A stretch of DNA of 64,000 nucleotides from an uncultured Gemmatimonadaceae bacterium (GCA_963822945.1 CAWGJO010000027.1:192001-256000), one strand, 5' to 3'; counted from the first letter of the stretch, positions 1-10,652 are shown. Numbers and translations are program-made. Notes: generated from the letters alone by a model not told the origin.

Positions 1-615
1 CACGATCGTCACGTGGTCGCTCGTCAACCCGTCGACGCTGCTCGCCACCAGGTGCGCGATGCCGATCACGACATCGGAACTCGGCGTCCCGTCGGTCGTC
101 TTCAGCACCACCGACGCCTCTTCGGGCGCCGTTCCCGACGCGTACGTCGTGGTCTCGTTCAATGCCAGGTGGACCTGTGCGCTCTCGATGCCGCGCATCT
201 TTCCGATGGTGCGTTCGAGTTCGCCCTCCAGCGCCCGCCGGTAGTTCACGCGCTGCGTGAAGTCGGTCATCGACCACGACGGCTGATCGAACAACTCCAT
301 GCCGGGCCGCCCGCCGTCGGGAATTCCGCCGTCGGCCGCCAGCGTTACGCGCGCGCGGGCCAGATCCGGGGCCGCCACCAACACGCCCGTGCCGGTGGCA
401 TCCAGTTGATACTTGATGCCGGCCTGGTCGAGCCGGCTCGTGATCTGTCCCATGCTCTCCAGAGGCACGCCGCTCACCGCCCGCAGCATGGCCGGCTGCG
501 CGGCCCACCGGGCGAGCAGCACGATCGCCACCACGGCCATCGCCGCCACCCCCAGCGCGACCACGCGGCGCGTGCCGCCGACGCGGTCCAGCATCTCTTC
601 CAATTGGTCGGGCAT
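1..615 (-). CDS. fliF: Flagellar MS-ring protein FliF (5' part; runs off window start)
   Basis: Manual translation from ATG at 615: MPDQLEEMLDRVGG..TM..GMELFDQPSWSMTDFTQRVNYRRALEGELERTIGKMRGIESAQVHL, the FliF/YscJ signature; directly downstream of fliE. Absent from the ORF track because its stop is outside the window. Confidence 0.93.
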   Translation of the reverse strand, partial: MPDQLEEMLDRVGGTRRVVALGVAAMAVVAIVLLARWAAQPAMLRAVSGVPLESMGQITSRLDQAGIKYQLDATGTGVLVAAPDLARARVTLAADGGIPDGGRPGMELFDQPSWSMTDFTQRVNYRRALEGELERTIGKMRGIESAQVHLALNETTTYASGTAPEEASVVLKTTDGTPSSDVVIGIAHLVASSVDGLTSDHVTIV

Positions 616-619
616 TCGG

Positions 620-940
620 TCAGCTCTGCATGTTGACGATGGTCCGATACGCGTCGGTCAGCTTGTTGCGGAGTTCCACCAGCATGTTGATCGTGATGCC
701 GGCTTCCTCGGTCGCCGCCATCACGTCGTGCAGCTCCACGGGCTCGCCGCGCACGAAGCGCTGCATGTAGTCGGTGGCGCGATCCTGCGTGGCCGAGGCC
801 TCGTTGAGCATGTTCTTCAACTGATCGGCGAACGACGGACCGTTGGACGCGCCGGCATCGAGGGTGACCGCCCGCCGGCCGTCCAGCCCCGGCGTCTGCT
901 GCAGGCCGCGGAGTGCCGCGGCGCCGATCGGGTCGCTCAT
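620..940 (-). CDS. fliE: Flagellar hook-basal body protein FliE
   Basis: SFADQLKNML..GEPVELHDVMAATEEAGITINMLVELRNKLTDAYRTIVNMQ is the FliE C-terminal motif; start ATG 940. Confidence 0.93.
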   Translation of the reverse strand: MSDPIGAAALRGLQQTPGLDGRRAVTLDAGASNGPSFADQLKNMLNEASATQDRATDYMQRFVRGEPVELHDVMAATEEAGITINMLVELRNKLTDAYRTIVNMQS

Positions 941-941
941 G

Positions 942-1298
942 TCACGCCTTGAGGTCGAGCCGAACGCCGCGCGACACCGGCGCATCCGACGGTGTCGGGG
1001 CGGCCTGGGTACGCGACAGATATCCGTAGGTGAGCGGACCGCGGGCACCCGCCCGCGCGAAGTGCTGCCGTTCGTCGGTGGTGAGGATCTTCCACAGTTC
1101 GGGGTCGGTGCCGGCCGGCGCTTCCGCCGGCAGCGCGTCCTGGCCGGCGCGTGCCGCCTGGAGGCGCGTCGCCGACGGCGGGGCGCCGGCAGGTGCCGGT
1201 TCCGCGGCACCGCGCCCGCGTTCCGGCGTGGTCGTCCGATTGAGCGACGCGCCGCCGATCAGGCCCGGTGGCAGATTTCCGATTCCGTTGACACTCAT
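942..1298 (-). CDS. Hypothetical protein inside the flgBC-fliEF operon
   Basis: 118 aa ORF tightly packed between flgC and fliE, GAGGA upstream; low-complexity N-terminus, C-terminal RGVRLDLKA. Confidence 0.7.
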   Translation of the reverse strand: MSVNGIGNLPPGLIGGASLNRTTTPERGRGAAEPAPAGAPPSATRLQAARAGQDALPAEAPAGTDPELWKILTTDERQHFARAGARGPLTYGYLSRTQAAPTPSDAPVSRGVRLDLKA

Positions 1299-1317
1299 GG
1301 TGCTGTTCCTCGGGTCG

Positions 1318-1887
1318 TCAGATGTCGATCGCGCGACGCAGCATGGCCTTTCCGGCCTCGAACGTGGTCGCGTTGGCTTCGTACACGCGTCGTGCGTCCA
1401 TCATGTCCACCATCTCGGTCGTGATCTCGACGTTCGGATAGCGCACGTAGCCCTGCGCGTTCGCGTCGGGATGTCCCGGGTCGTACACGAGCGGCCCGGG
1501 GGTGGGATCGGTGGCGATCGCCGCCACGCTCGTGCCGGCGCCGGTATCGGCGGGGTTGGCGGTCGCCGCCGTTGCGGCCAGCGCATCGCGCGCCGCGCTC
1601 GCGAAGTCGGGCCCGTTCTGCGCCAGGGGCAGCAGTTGCGGAATCGTCGCCTGGGGTGTCGCCGTGCCCGGCTGCAGCGAGACGACCTCGCGCTGATACG
1701 GCTGCCCCCCGGGACCGTGCGTGGTTTCCGCGTTGGCAATGTTGTTGGCGGCCACTTCCATGCGCACCCGCTGAGCCGAGAGCCCGCTCGTGGCGATGGC
1801 GAGCATCCGGAACATCGGGGGCGGCGCCGACGTGGTCGGCGCATTGAACGGAAGGAGCGGCAGCGCTCCGGGGATCGTCGACGGCAT
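1318..1887 (-). CDS. flgC: Flagellar basal-body rod protein FlgC
   Basis: IATSGLSAQRVRMEVAANNIANAETT..YDPGHPDANAQGYVRYPNVEITTEMVDMMDARRVYEAN; exact start uncertain. Confidence 0.95.
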   Translation of the reverse strand: MPSTIPGALPLLPFNAPTTSAPPPMFRMLAIATSGLSAQRVRMEVAANNIANAETTHGPGGQPYQREVVSLQPGTATPQATIPQLLPLAQNGPDFASAARDALAATAATANPADTGAGTSVAAIATDPTPGPLVYDPGHPDANAQGYVRYPNVEITTEMVDMMDARRVYEANATTFEAGKAMLRRAIDI

Positions 1888-1891
1888 CGCG

Positions 1892-2179
1892 CTAGTGGTC
1901 CTGGAGCCCGGCGTTGATCTGCTGGTACGTCTTCTGAAGCAGCGAGGCTACGGCGTCGTACCGCACCTGTTCGTCGGCCAGCGACGTCATCTCCGATTCC
2001 AGATTCACGGGACCGCTCGCGCCGGCCGCGGCAGTGCCGGGCAGCGCGAAGCCGGTGCCACCGTTGGCGGTCGCGTTCGCGACGCGCTCGGCGATGGCCC
2101 GCGTTCTCGCGCTGCTGGCGTCGAGCGCCTCGCGGAGCGACGACGCGGCGGACACCCGGTCGATGAAGCCGAAGAGCAT
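1892..2179 (-). CDS. flgB: Flagellar basal-body rod protein FlgB (short form)
   Basis: ALDASSARTRAIAERVANA..VNLESEMTSLADEQVRY; first gene before flgC. Confidence 0.82.
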   Translation of the reverse strand: MLFGFIDRVSAASSLREALDASSARTRAIAERVANATANGGTGFALPGTAAAGASGPVNLESEMTSLADEQVRYDAVASLLQKTYQQINAGLQDH

Positions 2180-2245
2180 GAGAGTTCGGAGTCGAATGAA
2201 TGGAGCAACTCACCGGAGCCACGTCGCCCCGGCGCGACCCGTAGG

Positions 2246-2261
2246 AGCAAGGTCCGGACCA
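2246..2261 (-). promoter_or_regulatory. Sigma54 (-24/-12) promoter for the flgB operon
   Basis: Minus strand TGGTCCGGACCTTGCT = GG-N10-GC, close to TGGCAC-N5-TTGCW; 67 bp upstream of flgB; sigma54 activator gene adjacent. Confidence 0.7.
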
Positions 2262-2464
2262 TGGCACCACGCGACGCGGGCGCCGGTTCCAGAGTCGGAA
2301 CCGGCGCCCGCACGTGCCACGCAACGTGTTGTGCCGAGGTGGGTTATCGAACTGCGATCGTGCGCCGGATGGGAGGGCGGTCACGCGTTGCGGCTGGCGG
2401 CAGTACTCGCCCACTCGGCGAGATCGGCCGCCACGACCGGGTCAAATCTTCCGCGTCGGTCGCG

Positions 2465-3898
<1,434 letters not shown>

Positions 3899-3952
3899 CG
3901 ACTGCCGCCCCACGTGGTCAGGTTGCTTCCCCGCCCGCCGGGCGAAGCCGAC

Positions 3953-3979
3953 TAAAGTATGACCAGAAGCGTCCGAAAA
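3953..3979 (+). promoter_or_regulatory. Sigma28 (FliA)-type promoter upstream of flgL
   Basis: TAAA-N15-TCCGAAAA versus consensus TAAA-N15-GCCGATAA. Confidence 0.6.
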
Positions 3980-4020
3980 TCCAAGACAATGGACGTGTGT
4001 CCACGTTTCGCGGAGCCCGT

Positions 4021-4905
4021 ATGCGTATTACATCGAATATGATGGCCAGCAGCGCGATCCTGGGACTGCAGCAGAATCTGGCGCAGCTCACGGCCGCCCA
4101 GCAGCAGGTGTCCACCGGACTGCGGGTGCAGGCGATGTCCGACGACCCCAGCGCCGGCGCCCAGATCATGCAGTCCAGCCGCACCCTCCGCGCCCTCGAT
4201 CAGTACAAGCGCAACATCCAGGCGGGGACCACACGCTCGCAGGCCGAGGAGACGGCGCTCAATTCGCTCACCAATCTCCTGACCCGCGCCAAAGAGCTCG
4301 CCATTTCGCAGGGCACCGGCACCGCCGACGCCAGCACACGGCTCGTCACGAAGTCCGAAGTCGACCAGCTGCTCGGCGAGGCGCAGTCGCTCGGCAATTC
4401 CCAATTCGAGAATGGGTATCTGTTCGGCGGCTTCGATTCCAACACGATCCCCTTCCCGTCCACCACGCCGCCCTTCGCGAACGCCACACCGCCCACCGGT
4501 CAGGTCACCACGGAGATCGGGCCGGGCCAGTACTCCAACGCCAGCCATGACGGCAAGCAGGTCTTCCTCGACACCGGCGTCCTGCAATCGCTCTCCGATC
4601 TGTCCACCGCCCTCGGATCAAACGACGTGGCCGGCATTCAGCAGGCGGTTGGCAGCATCAGCACCGCCTTCGACGGCGTGCAGCGGCTGCTCGGCGACGT
4701 CGGGGCCTGGCAGAACGGCTTCCAGGTGGCATCGTCGAACATCGATGCCCTCAACGCCAATCTGACCACGCTCAAGTCGAGCCTCTCGGACGCGGACATG
4801 GAGAAGTCGATGACCGACCTGTTGAGCCGCCAGAACAGCTATCAGGCGGCAATGCTCGCCACCTCGCGCATCATGAGTCTCACCTTCACCGACTACATGC
4901 GATGA
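4021..4905 (+). CDS. flgL: Flagellar hook-associated protein 3 FlgL
   Basis: MRITSNMM..QQQVSTGLRVQAMSDDP..NSQFENGYLFGG..DADMEKSMTDLLSRQNSYQAAM..LTFTDYMR. Confidence 0.93.
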   Translation: MRITSNMMASSAILGLQQNLAQLTAAQQQVSTGLRVQAMSDDPSAGAQIMQSSRTLRALDQYKRNIQAGTTRSQAEETALNSLTNLLTRAKELAISQGTGTADASTRLVTKSEVDQLLGEAQSLGNSQFENGYLFGGFDSNTIPFPSTTPPFANATPPTGQVTTEIGPGQYSNASHDGKQVFLDTGVLQSLSDLSTALGSNDVAGIQQAVGSISTAFDGVQRLLGDVGAWQNGFQVASSNIDALNANLTTLKSSLSDADMEKSMTDLLSRQNSYQAAMLATSRIMSLTFTDYMR

Positions 4906-5393
4906 CCCCCGTGATCGACGGTACCGCCGTGCGTCGCGACGACGACGAGATGCTTGCCGTCGCGTCGCCCGTCCTCGGCCCGCTGGAAATCGCCCCCGCC
5001 GACGTGCGGACGTTTCCCCACGGCCTGCTCGGCTTTCCCGAGTGCCGGCGGTTTGCCCTGCTCGCCATCGACGGCCGCGGCGGGATGTACTGGCTGCAGT
5101 CCATCGAACACCCCGCGCTCGCCTTCCTACTCGTCGACCCCTTCCGGCTGGTGGACGACTACGTCGTGGAGATTTCCGATCTCGACCGGCACGAACTGGC
5201 CGCCGATAATCCGGCTGAGGTTCTGGTACTCGCCATCCTCACCCTGCCGGAGCGCCCCGGCGCCCCGTGCACGGCCAACCTCCAGGGACCCGTGGCCGTG
5301 AACCTCCGCACCGGCGTGGGCCGGCAGCTCGTGCTCGCCGATGCGCGCAACGGCGTGCGTACGCCGGTCGATCTGGCGCGGCTCGCCGGCTGA
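4902..5393 (+). CDS. fliW: Flagellar assembly factor FliW (CsrA antagonist)
   Basis: FPHGLLGFPE..YWLQSIEHPALAFLLVDPF..TANLQGPVAVN..GRQLVL; ATGA overlap with flgL. Confidence 0.93.
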   Translation: MTPVIDGTAVRRDDDEMLAVASPVLGPLEIAPADVRTFPHGLLGFPECRRFALLAIDGRGGMYWLQSIEHPALAFLLVDPFRLVDDYVVEISDLDRHELAADNPAEVLVLAILTLPERPGAPCTANLQGPVAVNLRTGVGRQLVLADARNGVRTPVDLARLAG

Positions 5394-5410
5394 GATCTAA
5401 TGGCGACCCC

Positions 5411-5438
5411 TAAAGTCCCCCGGACGATCCTCCGATAC
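5411..5438 (+). promoter_or_regulatory. Sigma28-type promoter for flagellin
   Basis: TAAA-N16-TCCGATAC about 80 bp upstream of the fliC ATG. Confidence 0.72.
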
Positions 5439-5473
5439 GTGCTCGCAGCGATGACCAAATGGGGTCGCCGCAC

Positions 5474-5510
5474 GGAGCACGGACGCTCCAAGAATCGTTA
5501 AGGGAGGAAC
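5474..5510 (+). promoter_or_regulatory. Putative CsrA-binding sites in the fliC leader
   Basis: Hairpin GGAGC-ACGGAC-GCTCC (GGA in an ANGGAN hexaloop) plus a second GGA in the Shine-Dalgarno AGGGAGGA. Confidence 0.65.
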
Positions 5511-5516
5511 ACGCAG

Positions 5517-6635
5517 ATGCGCATCAACACGAACATCGCGGCGCTCACGGCGCAGCGGAACCTGAACATGACGGAGACCTCACTGCAGAAGTCGATGCAG
5601 AAGCTCTCGTCGGGCTTCCGGATCAACAACGCGTCGGACGACGCGGCAGGGCTCGCCATCTCCAACAAGCTCGGCGCCACGGTGCAGTCGTTGACGCAGG
5701 CCTCGCGCAACGCCGACCAGGCGAACTCGGTCATGCAGATCATGCAGGGCGGCGCATCGCAGATCGAGAGCATCCTCCAGCGCATGAAGGAATTGGCCAC
5801 GCAGTCCAACTCCTCCACGGTTGACTCCGCCGCTCAGACGCAGCTGAACAACGAGTTCACCTCGTTGAAGAACGAGATCGACCGCATCACCGGCACCACG
5901 CAGTTCAACGGCAACAACCTGCTCGACGGCTCCTTCGGCGCCAGCGTGAACACCGACGCGGGCACCAGCACGGTGCTTGCCTCGGCGACAACCCACGTTT
6001 CGGGAGCTGACATCAACGGCACCGCCGCGGGAACATACACCGTCGACAATTCAGTGGCGGGCAAGATCACGATCAGCAACGCCGCTGGTGACGCACAGAC
6101 GGTCGTCGTTGGCACTGACGGTCAGCAGAACGTCAACTTCTCCTCCTTCGGCATCACGCTGAAGCTGACGTCCGGGTACACTGCCGCAGGCACCGCGGCA
6201 AGCGGCGACCTCGTCGTGGCCGGCTCCGGCGGCAGCTTCATGGTCAGCTCCAGCGGCCACTACGACAGCAGCGACCTGCTCGCCATGAGCACCGTCGATC
6301 TCAGGACCGGCGCCACCGGCCTGAACGTTCAGAGCAATACGATCGACACCGCTGCCAACGCCCAGGTCGCGCTGACATCCATCGACAAGGCGCTGACCAC
6401 GGTCAACACCCAGCTCGGCACCATCGGCGCCCTGCAGAACCGGATCGATTTCGCGAACCAGAACACCAAGTCGCTGATCCTCAACACGCAGGCGGCCGTG
6501 TCCACCATCAAGGACGTCGACATGGCGTCGGAGATGACGAACTTCTCCAAGAACCAGATCCTGCAGCAGGCCGGCACCGCGATCCTGGCGCAGGCCAACC
6601 AGAGCGCCCAGAGCGTGCTCAAGCTCCTCGGCTGA
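5517..6635 (+). CDS. fliC: Flagellin
   Basis: MRINTNIAALTAQRNL..KLSSGFRINNASDDAAGLAIS..IKDVDMASEMTNFSKNQILQQAGTAILAQANQSAQSVLKLLG. Confidence 0.98.
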   Translation: MRINTNIAALTAQRNLNMTETSLQKSMQKLSSGFRINNASDDAAGLAISNKLGATVQSLTQASRNADQANSVMQIMQGGASQIESILQRMKELATQSNSSTVDSAAQTQLNNEFTSLKNEIDRITGTTQFNGNNLLDGSFGASVNTDAGTSTVLASATTHVSGADINGTAAGTYTVDNSVAGKITISNAAGDAQTVVVGTDGQQNVNFSSFGITLKLTSGYTAAGTAASGDLVVAGSGGSFMVSSSGHYDSSDLLAMSTVDLRTGATGLNVQSNTIDTAANAQVALTSIDKALTTVNTQLGTIGALQNRIDFANQNTKSLILNTQAAVSTIKDVDMASEMTNFSKNQILQQAGTAILAQANQSAQSVLKLLG

Positions 6636-6651
6636 TTCCTCTGGCTTCACC

Positions 6652-6686
6652 ACTCCCGGGGGCCTAGCGCCCCCGGGAGTTCTTCG
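6652..6686 (+). terminator. Stem-loop terminator/stabiliser after fliC
   Basis: ACTCCCGGGGGC-CTAGC-GCCCCCGGGAGT perfect 12-bp stem followed by TCTTCG (weak U-tract). Confidence 0.7.
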
Positions 6687-6712
6687 CTTCAAGCAGGCAC
6701 GGAGCCTACGTC

Positions 6713-9451
6713 ATGACAACACCGGTCAGCCAGATCAGTGGTCTCGCCAGTGGAATCCAGTGGCAGGACATGGTCACCCAGCTCGTCTCGCTGCAGTCGC
6801 GGCAGCAGCTCACGCCGCTCACCGACAAGCAGACGGCCGACAAGAGCGAGGAGAGCGCCTGGACCACCTACCAGGGACTGGTCAGCGCGCTCCAGGACGC
6901 CGCCGACCAGATCGCGAACCAGTCCGCGCTCTCGGGTACCACGGCCAGTGCCGGCACCAGCGCCTCCGGGCGCTCGTTGTTCTCGGCCACTACCACGGCC
7001 ACGGCCGCCCCGGGCAGCTACTCGGTGGAAGTCGATTCCCTCGCGGCGGCCGAGAAGCTCTCCGGCAACGTCGTTGCCAGCGCCACCACGGCCCTCGGCC
7101 TTTCCGGCACCTTCTCCGTCAACGGCGCCGGCATCACCGTGGATGCCACCGACACGCTCAGCTCCCTGCGCGACAAGATCAACGCCGCGAACTCGGGGGC
7201 CACGCCCAGCAACGTCACCGCATCCATTCTCACGAGCGCCGACGGGTCGTCACGGCTCACCCTCGCCACCAGCGTCACCGGCGCCGACGGAATCCGCCTG
7301 GAAGACGGCACCTCGGCCACCGGCGGCGTGCTGACCCAACTCGGTTTCAACGACGGCACAACGTCCGTCAACACCATCGCCGACGGCAGTGTGCAGAGCT
7401 ACGGCTTCTCGTCCACCAAGGCCGCCATCGCCAGCATGCTCGGCGTCGCCGTTCCGCCGGGGACATCGATCACCGTGGACGGCAACACGATTCCCATCGA
7501 CCTGTCCGTCGATACGCTTGCCACGATCGCGGCCAAGATCTCGGCCGCCGGTTCCGGCGCCAGCGTCACGACGGCCACGGTCAACGGTGCGCCCACGTAT
7601 CACCTCGACATCGCCGGCTCCGTGGGCGGCGACCAGCGGACGCTCGAGTTGCTGGGCCTCTCGCGCGCCGGCCGGAGCGCGGTGCAGCAGTCCCTGACCA
7701 CCAACAGCGTGCTCACCGACAGCACCACGGGCAGCACGGCCACCTCGTCGTCGCTGCTCACGAACCTCGGCACCGGAGGCGCCTCTGCCAACGTCGCCGT
7801 CGGCGACACGATCACGGTGCAGGGCACGCGCGCCGACGGAACGGCAGCCGTGGCCACGCTCGTCGTGTCCAGTGCGTCCACGGTGCAGGACCTGCAGACC
7901 GCCATCGCCGGTGCCTTCTCCACCGGCGGGCGCCCCGTCAGCGTCGGCTTCAGCGGCGGCCAGTTCCAGCTCACCGACACCGCCGGCGGCAGCTCGCAGT
8001 TGGCGCTGACGCTCTCGTCCGACAACGCCGGCGGCGGCACGCTCTCCTTCGGCGGCACCACCACCACGGCCGTGGGACGGGCGCGCGAACTCGTCGCCGG
8101 CTCCGACGCCACCATCAAGGTGGACGGCACCACGCTGCAACGGTCGAGCAACACCATCTCGGATGCCATCAGCGGCGTGACGCTGAATCTCCAGGCCGCC
8201 GAGATCGGATCGCCGGCGGAGCTCACCGTGGCGCGCGATACGTCCGGCGCCGTCGCCGCCATGCAGAAGTTCGCCAGCGCGTACAATGCCGCCCAGGCCT
8301 TCCTGGGCCAACAGCAGCAGTCCAGCGGCCCGCTTGCGCACGACTCCACCCTGCGTTCCACCCTCAACAGCCTGCGCAACGCCATCATCGGCAACGTTGC
8401 CGGCCTCTCGTCCACGAACGCCTACACCAACGCCTTCCTGGCCGGCGTCTCGCTGGACAAGACCGGCGTGCTGCAGGTTGACACCACGGCGCTGACGAAT
8501 GCGCTCAACACGGATCCCACCGACATCCTGCAGCTCTTCACGACCAGCGCGGTAACCAGCGCCCCGACGCTCGCGGCGCCAGCCTGGACCGACGCCACAC
8601 AGCCGGGCACCTACGAGGTGAAGGTCACGCAGGCCGCCACGACCCCCGGCTTCGCCGGGACCGCGCCGGTGAGCGGCAGCTATACCGCCGCCGGCAGCGG
8701 CGACACGTTCAGCGTGGTCGACAGCACGTCGGGCGCCACCGCGTCGGTGAACCTCGCCACCGGCGACACCGTCGACAGCGTCATTTCCAAACTGAACGCC
8801 GCGTTCCAGAGCGCGCGGGTGAGTGCCGTGGCTGCCAAGGACGTGAGCGGCAACCTCACGATCACAGGGACCGCGTACGGCAGCGCCGCCACCCTCACCG
8901 CAGGCGTGGGCAACCCGACGGCCGCCGCGTGGCTCGGCGTCGCCGACCAGACCTCGGCAGCCGGCACCGACGTCGCCGGTTCGTTCGCGTCCACGGACGC
9001 GCAGGGCAACGTGACCACCTACGCGGCCACCGGCTCCGGCCAGTCGCTCGTCGGCGCCACCGGCACGGCCGTCGATGGACTTCTGGTCAGCTACACCGGC
9101 CCGGCACCGACTGCCGGCCAGACACTGGATGCCGGCTCGGTCTCGTTGTCGCTGGGTGTGGCCGGCATGATGCAGCGCGCCGCGGACGCCATCGCGCGCA
9201 CCGGCGACGGGACCATCGCCATCCACAATGCCTCGCTGGAGCAGCAGATCTCCGACCTGGACACGCAAGTCGCGAATGTTCAGGAGCGGCTGAGCCGATA
9301 CCAGACTTCGCTCACGCAGCAGTTCACCGCCATGGAGACCGCAATGGCTGCCATCCAGGCCCAGAGCAACTGGCTCGCCGGGCAGATCGGCTCGCTGCCC
9401 TCCATGAGCAGCGGCAGTTCCTCCTCGTCGTCATCCTCCAGTACGGGCTGA
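6713..9451 (+). CDS. fliD: Flagellar filament cap protein FliD (long, 912 aa)
   Basis: ISGLASGIQWQDMVTQLV N-terminus; GSDATIKVDG..RSSNTISDAISGVTLNL; C-terminal LTQQFTAMETAMAAIQAQSNWL. Confidence 0.93.
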   Translation: MTTPVSQISGLASGIQWQDMVTQLVSLQSRQQLTPLTDKQTADKSEESAWTTYQGLVSALQDAADQIANQSALSGTTASAGTSASGRSLFSATTTATAAPGSYSVEVDSLAAAEKLSGNVVASATTALGLSGTFSVNGAGITVDATDTLSSLRDKINAANSGATPSNVTASILTSADGSSRLTLATSVTGADGIRLEDGTSATGGVLTQLGFNDGTTSVNTIADGSVQSYGFSSTKAAIASMLGVAVPPGTSITVDGNTIPIDLSVDTLATIAAKISAAGSGASVTTATVNGAPTYHLDIAGSVGGDQRTLELLGLSRAGRSAVQQSLTTNSVLTDSTTGSTATSSSLLTNLGTGGASANVAVGDTITVQGTRADGTAAVATLVVSSASTVQDLQTAIAGAFSTGGRPVSVGFSGGQFQLTDTAGGSSQLALTLSSDNAGGGTLSFGGTTTTAVGRARELVAGSDATIKVDGTTLQRSSNTISDAISGVTLNLQAAEIGSPAELTVARDTSGAVAAMQKFASAYNAAQAFLGQQQQSSGPLAHDSTLRSTLNSLRNAIIGNVAGLSSTNAYTNAFLAGVSLDKTGVLQVDTTALTNALNTDPTDILQLFTTSAVTSAPTLAAPAWTDATQPGTYEVKVTQAATTPGFAGTAPVSGSYTAAGSGDTFSVVDSTSGATASVNLATGDTVDSVISKLNAAFQSARVSAVAAKDVSGNLTITGTAYGSAATLTAGVGNPTAAAWLGVADQTSAAGTDVAGSFASTDAQGNVTTYAATGSGQSLVGATGTAVDGLLVSYTGPAPTAGQTLDAGSVSLSLGVAGMMQRAADAIARTGDGTIAIHNASLEQQISDLDTQVANVQERLSRYQTSLTQQFTAMETAMAAIQAQSNWLAGQIGSLPSMSSGSSSSSSSSSTG

Positions 9452-9456
9452 TCATC

Positions 9457-9846
9457 ATGTCCTATACGTCACACGCCGCCCGCTACCGCGAAGTCGCGGT
9501 CTTCTCCGCCTCCCCCAGCCAGCTGGTGGTACTCACCTACGACCACCTGCTCCGGGAACTCCGGCGGGCCGGCACGGCGCTCGAGCAGGGCGACGCGGAA
9601 CTCCGGTGCTCGGCCCTGGACCGGAGCCGCGAAGCGCTGCGCGAACTGTTGACGGCACTCGACGCCGAGCGCGGCGGCAGGCTGGCGGACAATCTCTCGG
9701 CGCTCTACACCTTTGCCCTCGCCGAACTGGTGGGGGTGCGGGACGGCCACGACCTCCCCCGGGTTCGGCGGCTGACCGCCATGTTCCAGGAGTTGCGCGA
9801 CGCGTTTGCCACCGCCGCAGACCAGTGCAAGGCCGGAGCGGCGTGA
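9457..9846 (+). CDS. fliS: Flagellin export chaperone FliS
   Basis: YREVAVFSASPSQLVVLTYD..LRELLTALDAERGGRLADNLSALY..ELRDAF. Confidence 0.92.
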   Translation: MSYTSHAARYREVAVFSASPSQLVVLTYDHLLRELRRAGTALEQGDAELRCSALDRSREALRELLTALDAERGGRLADNLSALYTFALAELVGVRDGHDLPRVRRLTAMFQELRDAFATAADQCKAGAA

Positions 9847-10265
9847 TGCCTCGCGGCTCGGCGCCCCGCGCGACTGCGATCCTGGACGGGGGTCCGCTGC
9901 TCGATCGCCTCGCCGCGGTTACGGCCCAGGCACTCGACGCGTGCCGGTCTGAAGACACCGACCGGCTCATGCAGGCCATCGGCGAGCGCGCGAGCGCGGC
10001 GGCCGATCTCGAGCGGTTCTTCGTCGCCGTCCGTCAGGCGCTCACGGCGGGTATGGCCCCGGGCGCCGAAGACCCTGCACTGGCCATCGTGGTCCAACGA
10101 CTGCGCGACGCGGACCGCCAGGGGCGGGAACTCGAAGCGGCCGTGCGGGCCCGGCGCGACGAACTGGCGCGTCGACTCGCCGCGGCCCGGCGCGACCGCA
10201 CCGCCATGCAGAGCTACCTCGGCGCCGAACCGGCCCGCCGGCCTCGACTCGACCGGCGATTCTAG
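9846..10265 (+). CDS. Helical flagellar chaperone-like protein (FliT/FlgN-like)
   Basis: TGATG overlap with fliS, 139 aa helical, C-terminal AMQSY..RLDRRF; position after fliD-fliS fits FliT. Confidence 0.6.
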   Translation: MPRGSAPRATAILDGGPLLDRLAAVTAQALDACRSEDTDRLMQAIGERASAAADLERFFVAVRQALTAGMAPGAEDPALAIVVQRLRDADRQGRELEAAVRARRDELARRLAAARRDRTAMQSYLGAEPARRPRLDRRF

Positions 10266-10287
10266 CCGGATCCGGGGCACCCTCCGC

Positions 10288-10315
10288 TCAAGTTCTGCCG
10301 GCCGGGTGCCGATAC
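10288..10315 (+). promoter_or_regulatory. Sigma28-type promoter upstream of flgM
   Basis: TCAA-N16-GCCGATAC, 27 bp before the flgM ATG. Confidence 0.68.
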
Positions 10316-10341
10316 GGACATCCGGAACCTCTGGAGAACCT

Positions 10342-10626
10342 ATGAGAATCAATGCCAACCCCGCGGTCGAGCCGGCGGCCCGCGTCACGCGCGACGTCCC
10401 GGAGCCTGGAATCGGCGCCGACCAGAAGCGTGCCAATGGCGGCACGCCAACCCGTGATTCCGTTCACATCTCGGACGCCGGCCGTGCCAGGGCCGCCGGT
10501 ACGTCGCAGCCGCCCACGCCGGAACGGATCCAACAGATTCGCCAGCGCGTGCTCAACGGCGAATACGACAGTGTCGAGGTGCTCAGCAACACCGCCCGTC
10601 GGATTCTCGGCAGCGGAGACGCCTGA
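10342..10626 (+). CDS. flgM: Anti-sigma28 factor FlgM
   Basis: RDSVHISDAGR..ERIQQIRQRVLNGEY..TARRIL; GGAG RBS before ATG 10342. Confidence 0.85.
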   Translation: MRINANPAVEPAARVTRDVPEPGIGADQKRANGGTPTRDSVHISDAGRARAAGTSQPPTPERIQQIRQRVLNGEYDSVEVLSNTARRILGSGDA

Positions 10627-10652
10627 GCGAATACTGCTGGAGATGGTGACAA

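Noticed and set aside
2304..2319. TGGCACGTG.. on the minus strand as a second sigma54 promoter
   Set aside because: GG-to-GC spacing is not 10 nt; the 2246-2261 site fits better.
5402..5469. 9-bp inverted repeat GGCGACCCC / GGGGTCGCC flanking the fliC promoter, suggesting an invertible phase switch
   Set aside because: Only 9 bp, almost all GC, encloses just 50 bp, and no recombinase gene is in the window; chance is plausible.
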